A stretch of DNA of 64,000 nucleotides from a virus, in the IMG/VR virus record IMGVR_UViG_3300032238_000599, positions 32,001-96,000 of that record; one strand, written 5' to 3'. The notes under the pieces are model-generated. The model did not search any database, was not told where the DNA came from, and worked only from the letters and a program-made list of their open reading frames with translations. Shown in pieces: positions 9,830 to 17,799 of this stretch; positions within the stretch are counted from its first letter, which is position 1, and each line of letters begins with the position of its first letter. The position numbers and the translations under genes were made by a program.

Positions 9830-10851
9830 TAGATATATCCTGCACCAGAACTTGTCAATGTATCGCCATTGACAAATTTTTGTAAATTAAATGTACGCAC
9901 ACTTTCTCTGCTGTAGGCAACTTGAAGTGTAACGCTGAAAGTACTTTTTGTAGGAACGTGTGTTGTTCCACTAGCTGAGGTGCCGCCTAACCCGCTAATA
10001 AAATTACTAACGCTTGCGGCTGCTCCTGCTACTCCTGCAACTGAATTTGCTAAATTTGATATAGCTGGTATTCCCCCAGTTAGTCCTGCAATAAGGCCTG
10101 CTTGGTTAGCAATTCCTCCTAAGCCCGACGACCTTGATCCTGCCATTGGACTAGTAGCAATATAATCAGAATTTGCATCAAGCTGTACACTAAAGTTTGA
10201 AATTACTACAGGAACATTTTTAAAAACAAAGTCTCCGTATCCATTAAGTGCTAGAATAACAGGAGGATTGCCTGCTGGACTACTGTCGCCAGTAAACATT
10301 TTTGTGGCACTTCTTAAAAAGTGAACTGCCGCAATCCAGTACGCACCTTGTACGCTATCCTCAACTATAAAAGGTGCAGAAATTGTTATTGAATCTGGTT
10401 GACTATTTTGATATGCTTGGAACGGATAGTTATTGTGTACCGGACTTATTGCTTCATACTTAGCACTTCCTGATATATTAATAGTGGGTGTGTAGGGAAA
10501 CACAAGTCCGCCAGCAGCCTTTAACGGTGCAAACACCGAACTTGAATCAAATATGGTTCCGCCTGGTACACTTAATCGAACACGCCAATCGTTGTTAGCA
10601 TCGGCGCCGCCAAATATTGCAGACGCAGAAATTACCTTTCCAACAATGTTTCCACCAGCTGGTAAATTAATGCTTCGCAATTTACTGAGTAGATTAGTTG
10701 GGTTGGCTAAATTACTAAGTGCCGAACTTAATTGCATTCCTGCGCTACTTAAACTGCCTAGTTGCCCAAAGGCAGCTACGGCATTTGAACCCACCGATTG
10801 CGCCGCGTTTGCGACTGTGTTTATACCTGCGCCTAAGTCAAATCCTGCCAT
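9829..10851 (-). CDS. Baseplate tail-tube initiator/cap (gp48/gp54-like)
   Basis: GLVFPYTP and GNPPVILALNGYGDFVFKNVPVVISNFSV tube-fold motifs; first gene of the baseplate operon. Confidence 0.55.
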   Translation of the reverse strand: MAGFDLGAGINTVANAAQSVGSNAVAAFGQLGSLSSAGMQLSSALSNLANPTNLLSKLRSINLPAGGNIVGKVISASAIFGGADANNDWRVRLSVPGGTIFDSSSVFAPLKAAGGLVFPYTPTINISGSAKYEAISPVHNNYPFQAYQNSQPDSITISAPFIVEDSVQGAYWIAAVHFLRSATKMFTGDSSPAGNPPVILALNGYGDFVFKNVPVVISNFSVQLDANSDYIATSPMAGSRSSGLGGIANQAGLIAGLTGGIPAISNLANSVAGVAGAAASVSNFISGLGGTSASGTTHVPTKSTFSVTLQVAYSRESVRTFNLQKFVNGDTLTSSGAGYI

Positions 10852-10871
10852 TTTGAGTATCTCCTATACTC

Positions 10872-10879
10872 TATTTATT
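10872..10879 (-). promoter_or_regulatory. Late promoter (AATAAATA) for the baseplate operon
   Basis: tatttatt on the + strand, upstream of an AGGAG RBS and the ATG at 10851. Confidence 0.7.
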
Positions 10880-10907
10880 TGACAAAATTATCTGCGTAGT
10901 TTATAAT
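10879..10907 (+). promoter_or_regulatory. Perfect-consensus sigma70 (early) promoter for gp55-gp47-gp46
   Basis: TTGACA (10879-10884), 17-nt spacer, TATAAT (10902-10907); the gp55 ATG is at 10931. Confidence 0.85.
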
Positions 10908-10930
10908 AGCACATCAGGATCCGAGGAAAG

Positions 10931-11755
10931 ATGACTAAAGTAAATTACTTAAACAACAAAGACATATTAGAAGAAATCCACCGTTCGAAGAATACCTATT
11001 CGAGCTATACAAAACCAGAATATAGTAGCTACGATCTTATTCTGCCTAATTTGGATAAAATTAATATTCGCACTATAGCAGAAGCTAAACGTGCTAAAGC
11101 CAAACGACAAAGCCAAGCTGAGTACGAAAGGCGCAAAAAAGAGGGTGAAAAAGTCAAACAAGCAGACTGCGAAGTTGACTATAAAAAGATTAAAAAAGAA
11201 GATCTAGTATTCCGTATAATGACGTTTGATCATATACCGACAAACAGCACACGAAAGAAAAATCCTAAAACAGTTGCTGACGGACGAGACAAAGTTAATT
11301 TTCCTCCATATCAGCACTGGAAGTTTGATGAGAATGATCAATTAATCTGTGTTGGAAAGAGTCACTGGAAAGGTCCGGTGGACACTGGCAAGTTCAACAA
11401 AGATCATGGGCAAATTACAAACACCTTAGCTCGTATGTACATTAAACTCTGCGAACGATATGCTACTCGCGGAAACGTTCGCGGCTACACATATAACGAC
11501 GAAATGAAAGGGCAGGCTATTTTACAGCTTACACAAATTGGTTTACAGTTTGATGAAAGTAAATCAAACAATCCGTTTGCCTATTATACTGCGGCTGTTA
11601 CTAACAGTTTCGTTAGAGTTATTAATATTGAAAAACGTAATCAAAACATTCGAGATGACATTTTAGAAATCAACGGCATGAATCCTTCTTACACTAGAAC
11701 AGGGGAAGGTGAATATGCTAATGCTATGAAACGCCACAACGAGGATCATGAATGA
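10931..11755 (+). CDS. gp55: Late-transcription sigma factor, T4 gp55-like
   Basis: NYLNNKDIL, LCERYATRGNVRGYTYNDEM and FDESKSNNPFAYYT motifs; directly upstream of gp47/gp46 as in T4-like phages. Confidence 0.85.
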   Translation: MTKVNYLNNKDILEEIHRSKNTYSSYTKPEYSSYDLILPNLDKINIRTIAEAKRAKAKRQSQAEYERRKKEGEKVKQADCEVDYKKIKKEDLVFRIMTFDHIPTNSTRKKNPKTVADGRDKVNFPPYQHWKFDENDQLICVGKSHWKGPVDTGKFNKDHGQITNTLARMYIKLCERYATRGNVRGYTYNDEMKGQAILQLTQIGLQFDESKSNNPFAYYTAAVTNSFVRVINIEKRNQNIRDDILEINGMNPSYTRTGEGEYANAMKRHNEDHE

Positions 11756-12762
11756 GCTTATTTAAAAAAGCCGCATTATTTACAGACATACACTTTGGTT
11801 TAAAGTCTAACAGCCATACACATAATCAAGACTGTGAGGATTTTGTAGACTGGTATATTGCAAAAGCCAAGGAGGAAGGCTGTGACACTGGAATTTTTAT
11901 GGGTGATTGGCATCACAATCGGAACAGTCTTAACATCACTACTATGGACTATAGCCTTAGGGCCTTGGAAAAACTGGGTCAGGCGTTCAATCAATTTTAC
12001 TTTTTCCCTGGTAATCATGATCTATATTACAAGGACAAGCGGGATATCCATTCAGTCGAGTTCGGTAAGTACATACCTGGAATTACTGTGGTACATGAAC
12101 CTATTACCATTGGCGATGTTACATTATGCCCTTGGCTCGTCGGCGACGAATGGAAGGCAATAGGTAAAAAGAAAGCCAAATATATCTTTGGGCATTTTGA
12201 ACTTCCGCATTTTTACATGAATGCAATGGTACAAATGCCAGACCATGGGGAAATACAACTAGATGCATTTAACGGTTATGAGATGGGCTTTAGCGGGCAC
12301 TTCCATAAGCGTCAAAGCAAAGGTAATATGCACTATATCGGCAATGCATTTCCACACAACTATGCAGATGCTTGGGATGATGACCGAGGAATGTGTATAT
12401 TAGAGTGGGGTGGCACGCCAACTTATCACAGTTGGCCTGAACAACCTACATTCCGTACAGTAAAACTAAGTCAGCTTATCGACGAAGCTGATACTCTGAT
12501 TAAACCTAAACAACACTTGCGTGTTAGCTTAGACATTGATATTAGTTACGAAGAGGCAAGTTTTATTAAAGAAAAGTTTATGTCGGATTATGAGATTAGA
12601 GAACTTACTTTAATCACTGAAAAGAAAGACGTTGAAATTAATACAGACATCAATATTCAAGCCTTTGAAAGTGTTGATCAGATTGTGTCCAATCAGATTG
12701 TAAGTATTCAAAGCGATACGTATAATACAAATACTTTACTGGCAATTTATAACAGCCTATGA
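11752..12762 (+). CDS. gp47: Recombination endonuclease subunit (Mre11/SbcD-like)
   Basis: Metallophosphoesterase motifs DIH, GDWHH, GNHD, GHFE and GHFH; ATGA overlap with gp55. Confidence 0.9.
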   Translation: MSLFKKAALFTDIHFGLKSNSHTHNQDCEDFVDWYIAKAKEEGCDTGIFMGDWHHNRNSLNITTMDYSLRALEKLGQAFNQFYFFPGNHDLYYKDKRDIHSVEFGKYIPGITVVHEPITIGDVTLCPWLVGDEWKAIGKKKAKYIFGHFELPHFYMNAMVQMPDHGEIQLDAFNGYEMGFSGHFHKRQSKGNMHYIGNAFPHNYADAWDDDRGMCILEWGGTPTYHSWPEQPTFRTVKLSQLIDEADTLIKPKQHLRVSLDIDISYEEASFIKEKFMSDYEIRELTLITEKKDVEINTDINIQAFESVDQIVSNQIVSIQSDTYNTNTLLAIYNSL

Positions 12763-14540
12763 TAAAAATTAAAGATTTAACTGTAAAAAACTTTATGAGT
12801 GTGGGCAATCAAACCCAGGCTGTAGATTTTTGCAAAGAACAACTTACACTAGTTCTAGGAGAAAACTTAGATCAAGGTGGAGATGATAGTGGTTCACGTA
12901 ACGGCACAGGTAAAACAACAATTGTCAATGCATTAAGTTATGCACTTTACGGGCAAGCACTAACAAACATTAAAAAAGATAATTTAATCAACAAGATTAA
13001 CAATAAGAATATGTTGGTTACACTACATTTTGAAAAAGATGGGGTAGATTATCGAATCGAGCGTGGACGTAAGCCTAACATTCTTAAGTTTTATATTAAC
13101 GATCAAGAACAAGACGCCGAAGAAAGTGATGATGCACAAGGCGACATGCGTGAAACACAAAAGGATTTAGATGATATCCTAGGTATGAGTCACGATATGT
13201 TTAAGCATATTCTAGCACTTAATACCTATACTGAGCCTTTCTTAAGTATGCGTAGCGGTGATCAACGTGCTATTATTGAACAGTTGCTAGGTATTACTAT
13301 TCTTAGCGAAAAAGCAGAAGCACTTAAAGAATTAGTTCGGTTAACTAAAGAACAAATAACACAAGAAAGTGCTAACATTGAAGCGTCACGTAAGTCTAAC
13401 GAAAAAATACAAGAAAGTATTCTAGCATTAGAGCGTAGACAAACTATGTGGTTAGCAAAGAAAGAAGAAGACTTAACTAAGTTACTAAATCAATGGAACG
13501 AATTACAAAAAATCGACATTGAAGTTGAAATTCAATCTTGGAAGGATTTATCTGCGTACAATCAAAAGAAAAAAGATATTGGTGATATTACTTCAGCTAT
13601 CGCAAGATCCGAGACTGATCTAAATCGAGAACAATCTAATGTTAAGAAGCTAAACAAAGAACTAGCTTCATTAGCAGAACACAAATGTCATAGCTGTGGA
13701 CAAGAACTACATGATACTAAACATGAAGAACTGGTAAAAACTAAAACTGATAGTTTAGTAGAATCTGAAGAAACCATTAAAGAATATGAAGATCGTATTG
13801 TACAACTTCAAGAAGCAATTACAGAGCTAGGTGAATTAGGTCCTCAACCTAGTGTAGTCTATGCAAAAGAAGAAGATGCTATTCATCATCGTAGTACATT
13901 GTCTAGTTTAGAAAAACAAATAGCTTCTAAACAAGAAGAAACAGATCCATATCAAGAACAAATTGACGATATTAAACAAACTGCCTTACAAGAAATTGTT
14001 TGGGACAAAGTTAATGAACTTAACAGTTTAAAAGATCATCAAGAATTCCTACTTAAACTTTTAACTAGCAAAGATAGTTTTATCCGTAAGAAGATTATTG
14101 ATCAAAACTTAGCATACTTAAACAATCGTTTAACTTATTATCTTGATAAGATGGGTTTGCCGCACACTGTCAGTTTCTTAAACGACTTAAACGTAGAAAT
14201 TACACAACTAGGGCAAGACTTAGACTTTGATAACTTGTCACGCGGTGAACGCAACAGACTTATCTTAGGGTTGTCATGGGCATTCCGTGATGTGTGGGAA
14301 AGTTTATATCAAAACATTAACTTGTTATTCATTGATGAGTTAATTGACAACGGACTAGATGCCAACGGTGTTGAAAACGCACTAGCAGTTCTTAAGAAGA
14401 TGGGCAGAGAACGTAATAAAAACGTTTATCTAATTAGTCACAAGGATGAATTAATTGGGCGTGTTAACAATGTACTTAAAGTTATTAAAGAAAATGGCTT
14501 TACATCATACGCGAACGATTTAGAAATAGAAGATGAATGA
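12759..14540 (+). CDS. gp46: Recombination ATPase subunit (Rad50/SbcC-like)
   Basis: Walker A NGTGKTT, coiled coil with CHSC zinc hook, signature LSRGER, Walker B LLFIDE and ISH. Confidence 0.92.
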   Translation: MIKIKDLTVKNFMSVGNQTQAVDFCKEQLTLVLGENLDQGGDDSGSRNGTGKTTIVNALSYALYGQALTNIKKDNLINKINNKNMLVTLHFEKDGVDYRIERGRKPNILKFYINDQEQDAEESDDAQGDMRETQKDLDDILGMSHDMFKHILALNTYTEPFLSMRSGDQRAIIEQLLGITILSEKAEALKELVRLTKEQITQESANIEASRKSNEKIQESILALERRQTMWLAKKEEDLTKLLNQWNELQKIDIEVEIQSWKDLSAYNQKKKDIGDITSAIARSETDLNREQSNVKKLNKELASLAEHKCHSCGQELHDTKHEELVKTKTDSLVESEETIKEYEDRIVQLQEAITELGELGPQPSVVYAKEEDAIHHRSTLSSLEKQIASKQEETDPYQEQIDDIKQTALQEIVWDKVNELNSLKDHQEFLLKLLTSKDSFIRKKIIDQNLAYLNNRLTYYLDKMGLPHTVSFLNDLNVEITQLGQDLDFDNLSRGERNRLILGLSWAFRDVWESLYQNINLLFIDELIDNGLDANGVENALAVLKKMGRERNKNVYLISHKDELIGRVNNVLKVIKENGFTSYANDLEIEDE

Positions 14541-14778
14541 TTCACATGACGAATTACTAAAGGCTTTCAGGCAATACTTTGAAGCTAACCAACGGTGGAT
14601 TAATGACCAAACACGAGTTGCGGGCATGGATATGCGGTGGTGGCTTTCAGAAATTAGGCGAATATGCACAAGGCGACGGGCAGAGGTACAGGAATGGCGC
14701 CACGAAGTGGACAGCGCAAAGCGCGAACGGAAAAAGCGCCAAAAAGAGGAGGCCAGTAAAGGCAAAGATAATACATAG
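14533..14778 (+). CDS. Small basic helical hypothetical protein (81 aa)
   Basis: Overlaps the end of gp46 and abuts the next gene; Arg/Lys-rich. Confidence 0.55.
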   Translation: MNDSHDELLKAFRQYFEANQRWINDQTRVAGMDMRWWLSEIRRICTRRRAEVQEWRHEVDSAKRERKKRQKEEASKGKDNT

Positions 14779-14781
14779 TTG

Positions 14782-15219
14782 ATGTCATGGTATTATCAAA
14801 ACTCAATAATCGAAACTCTACCCGAAGAATGTATAGGCTTCGTTTATTGTATCACTAATAACATCACTGGTCGCAAGTATATAGGCAAGAAATTAGCAAA
14901 ATTCTCTAAGACAACTTATAAAACAGTAAAACTCAAAAACGGCAACAAGAAGAAAAAACGGATTCGATCTAAAATCGATTCTGATTGGCGTGAATACTAT
15001 GGCAGCAACGACCAACTAAACAAAGACGTAGAACAACTAGGCGCAGAAAACTTTCACAGAGAGATACTTTATTACTGCACATCAAAGGCTGAATGTAGTT
15101 ATATCGAGGCTCGAGAACAATTCTCAAGGCGAGTATTAGAATCAGACGACTACTACAACGGACAAATCGCTGTTCGTGTACACGGCTCACATATTAAAGG
15201 CAAACAATTAAACGGTTAA
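14782..15219 (+). CDS. Minimal GIY-YIG family endonuclease (145 aa)
   Basis: GFVYCITNNITGRKYIG (GIY-YIG), candidate catalytic Glu in CSYIEAREQ and the YYN motif. ATG at 14782 preferred over TTG at 14779. Confidence 0.75.
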   Translation: MSWYYQNSIIETLPEECIGFVYCITNNITGRKYIGKKLAKFSKTTYKTVKLKNGNKKKKRIRSKIDSDWREYYGSNDQLNKDVEQLGAENFHREILYYCTSKAECSYIEAREQFSRRVLESDDYYNGQIAVRVHGSHIKGKQLNG

Positions 15220-15220
15220 G

Positions 15221-15650
15221 GCAAGCGTCAGCTAATATCAGACGCCCTATACCTGGATCTTGGATCGCAGGGATGGAAAACTCTCGCCGTTAAGAGTGCT
15301 CAACCACTACCCGAAAGGATGAGGATCGCTTGTAAGCCCTGCGATTTGGTTGTTTGAAAAGGAAAGTATAGGCAAAAGGAAGGGAGAAAAACCCTACGTA
15401 TACGCTAGTGATAGCAGATTTGCGTATACCGCCGTTGTAAGAAGACGGAGCTCGTGGTACAGGACAACCGCCACTGTAATGCTCTACTGCTGTGTGACAT
15501 TGTGCAACTCAGATAATGTTTATTTTTAGCCCGGAAACGGGCTAAGTGTGACTGAACAATCTAGATAATATCTTAAGTGCTTCGCACTTCATTATAACTA
15601 GTAAAATGCGTTGAGCTTTAGCGAAAACGCAAGTGAGCTTCAGCTCACTA
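15221..15650 (+). ncRNA. Candidate large structured non-coding RNA, class not recognised
   Basis: The largest intergenic gap in the window, ~47-48% GC over 15221-15540 by hand count. More than ten helices, GAAA tetraloops, G-U pairs that work on the + strand, and possible pseudoknots. Confidence 0.7.
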
Positions 15651-15652
15651 TT

Positions 15653-15660
15653 AATAAATA
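15653..15660 (+). promoter_or_regulatory. Late promoter (AATAAATA)
   Basis: 20 nt upstream of the ATG at 15681. Confidence 0.65.
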
Positions 15661-15680
15661 AACTATATTGAGCTTGAACG

Positions 15681-16685
15681 ATGAAAATTTCTGAATTATT
15701 AATTGAAAAAGAAACACCTGTTAAGGGAAAGACTGACTCAGGTAATCCTGCTGGTGCGGCTGTAATAGCAGGTGGTGCTGTTGCTGGCGGAGCAATGGCC
15801 TTAAGTAAAGAATCAATTGGTAAATTTATTAAGACTAGCCAACGTCGTTGGAAAGTTAAAAACAAGATGACCGAGCGCAAAGTCGCTCGTATGATGGAAA
15901 AGTGGGGAACAGGTACTGTATGGTTGTTCCGTATTCTAGGAATGACCACAGTTGTATACCAATGCTACAGTGATCTTGCTAATCTAGAAGAAGATTACGA
16001 ACGTGGTGATGAAGAATTCTTAAAGACTCAGGCTGCTTATGAAGCTTGCCGTGAGTATGTATTCGGTGTAGCCATTGCTCAATTTGCTGTACAGACAGTA
16101 CATTGGGTAGCAGGTGGACGTATTGCTATGTGGATCTTCCGTGTGATACGTTGGGTTACAGCTGGTGCTACTGCTGGATTTACTGCTGGAGCTTCCGTTG
16201 CGGCTCTAATTGCCACAGAAGCTATGTTTGTATGGTTTGAAACTTGGATCGGTAGTGAAGAAGGTAAGCGTTGGATCTCTGAAACATTCTTAGGTGGTAT
16301 CTTACGTAACTTTGGTAAGATTCCTGATGGTGCTATCAGCAAACTAACTGATCACTATAGTAAAGCTAACACTAAAAAAGATGCTAATGCCGAGAAAACT
16401 GGCAAGCCAACAGCAAAAGATGACAGTAGAGATCCAGATAAAAACGATCGTTATGTTGACGGTGTGCTAGTAACTAATCCAGACGGATCAATTATTCCAG
16501 GTATTGAATCTAATGTTCGTGTTAAAAACGCTATTACACAAGCGGCAAAAGATGGCAAACCTAATCCATTAACTGCAATACGTGACGAGCTAAAAGCAGA
16601 CCCTGCTAAGACTCAACAAACCGCTCCTAGTCAAGGAGCACCAAAGAGTGCAGATGACTTGAGTTCTTTCAAGTACAGTCTTTAA
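15681..16685 (+). CDS. Late-expressed hypothetical protein with hydrophobic Gly/Ala-rich helices; possible capsid-internal protein
   Basis: N-terminus MKISELLIE; hydrophobic segments AGAAVIAGGAVAGGAMAL, YVFGVAIAQFAV and TAGATAGFTAGASVAALIA. Confidence 0.6.
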   Translation: MKISELLIEKETPVKGKTDSGNPAGAAVIAGGAVAGGAMALSKESIGKFIKTSQRRWKVKNKMTERKVARMMEKWGTGTVWLFRILGMTTVVYQCYSDLANLEEDYERGDEEFLKTQAAYEACREYVFGVAIAQFAVQTVHWVAGGRIAMWIFRVIRWVTAGATAGFTAGASVAALIATEAMFVWFETWIGSEEGKRWISETFLGGILRNFGKIPDGAISKLTDHYSKANTKKDANAEKTGKPTAKDDSRDPDKNDRYVDGVLVTNPDGSIIPGIESNVRVKNAITQAAKDGKPNPLTAIRDELKADPAKTQQTAPSQGAPKSADDLSSFKYSL

Positions 16686-16912
16686 AGTAAAGCAATTCCA
16701 GATTTTTTAGTTAGATCAATATTGTCTTTGACAATTTCGTTGATGATTGTTCGATCTTCTGCAGAGTAAGTATAGAATAATTCATGTGCTGTAACACCTC
16801 CACGCATGTACCAGCTTAGTCTGAAGAACTCATCTTTTAATTCTTTAACTTCTTTTTCTAAACGATCAAAAAAGTTTTGCATGTCAGAGTTCGACAAGCG
16901 CATTATTCTCAT
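16682..16912 (-). CDS. Baseplate hub assembly protein, gp51-like (possible frameshift extension of the upstream gene)
   Basis: FRLSWYMRGGVT.HEL...EDR motif; ATGA overlap with the gp26-like gene. Confidence 0.55.
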   Translation of the reverse strand: MRIMRLSNSDMQNFFDRLEKEVKELKDEFFRLSWYMRGGVTAHELFYTYSAEDRTIINEIVKDNIDLTKKSGIALL

Positions 16913-17733
16913 ACGAAAAAATTTGATTGATCCAATGTAACAACAATGTCATCTTCGTGTTGACATTCTGTGCAGGTAACGTGTTGTTTTGGAATATCCC
17001 AAACAGATTTGTTTTCTTCTAGTTTAGATTTTACTTTAGCATACACAGAACGCTCGCAGTTGCGTAGCCATTCTTCAATAAACTGCTTTTCTGTAACTAC
17101 TGTGCCTGGCAAGTTTACACTTTCAATGCTGGTTAAAAACAGTTGTAACTGTATTTCGCTAAGTGTTTGATAGATTCCGTCAATGGCTTTTTGCTTTTCT
17201 TCGTCTGTGGCTAAGTCTTGTGTTTGATATAGCTGACGCTGTAGTTTAAAGTTTTCAACACTGAAATGTGTCATTTCTTCGTACTGTAAAGGACGAATCT
17301 TTAGGGTAACTTCATCATCGACTTCAACAGAATTAATGAATTTAATGCCATTAAAATAATCAAGTAGTGTGCCAAGACTAATAGTATATTCGTTTTCACT
17401 ACCACATTCTTTGCAGGTATGGGCAACACTTAGCTCAGGACCAAATGTAGCAGTACGAATTGCAATCATTAACGAGTCAACATCAATACTAGGAATAGTA
17501 CGTGCATTAGTAATAAATGGACAGCATGATTCAATTACTTTAGCAGTAGCTTCCCCGTTAAACAAGGCATCGGGAGTTTTATAAATGATCTCGTCCATAC
17601 CACTCATGGCAAAGATAGGTACATTATTGTAGTCGCCTTTTAGATTTCCGGGCTCGTAGAAAAGCCCTTTGCTGGGCAGGCTAATGTAGATTTTAGGCTG
17701 TCTAAAATACTTTTGTAATGGATTTGGTGTCAT
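16909..17733 (-). CDS. gp26: Baseplate hub/tail assembly chaperone, gp26-like
   Basis: NPLQKYFRQPKIYISLPSKG, IDVDSLMIAIR.ATFG, two CxxC motifs (CKEC, CTEC) and a C-terminal NFF. Start moved to 17733 (MTPNPL) because the longer ORF start sits at the promoter. Confidence 0.7.
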   Translation of the reverse strand: MTPNPLQKYFRQPKIYISLPSKGLFYEPGNLKGDYNNVPIFAMSGMDEIIYKTPDALFNGEATAKVIESCCPFITNARTIPSIDVDSLMIAIRTATFGPELSVAHTCKECGSENEYTISLGTLLDYFNGIKFINSVEVDDEVTLKIRPLQYEEMTHFSVENFKLQRQLYQTQDLATDEEKQKAIDGIYQTLSEIQLQLFLTSIESVNLPGTVVTEKQFIEEWLRNCERSVYAKVKSKLEENKSVWDIPKQHVTCTECQHEDDIVVTLDQSNFFV

Positions 17734-17743
17734 TTTTAGTCTC

Positions 17744-17774
17744 GATAAATATCTTACGTATATCAATATTTATA
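17744..17774. promoter_or_regulatory. Face-to-face late promoters: GATAAATA (+, 17744-17751) for the tape measure gene and TATAAATA (-, 17767-17774) for gp26
   Basis: Both boxes are read directly in the 66-nt divergent intergenic gap. Confidence 0.65.
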
Positions 17775-17799
17775 TACGCAGATTTTAGGTGAAAAATTA

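Noticed and set aside
1839-10851. Bacterial T6SS or extracellular contractile injection system
   Set aside because: Portal, protease, capsid and gp55 genes in the same window show this is a phage baseplate module.
14782-15650. Group I intron carrying a GIY-YIG homing endonuclease (GCTCAACCACTAC at 15298-15310 resembles the R element)
   Set aside because: No interrupted host gene is evident: flanking ORFs look complete and the downstream gene has its own promoter. The P7-like pairing is CACTA/TAGTG rather than GACTA/TAGTC, and there is no AAGATA S element. A derived relationship cannot be excluded without a covariance search.
15221-15650. RNase P RNA, tmRNA, tRNA or CRISPR array
   Set aside because: No GAGGAAAGTCC motif, no tRNA-like ends or T-loop, no tag ORF recognised, and no regularly spaced direct repeats.
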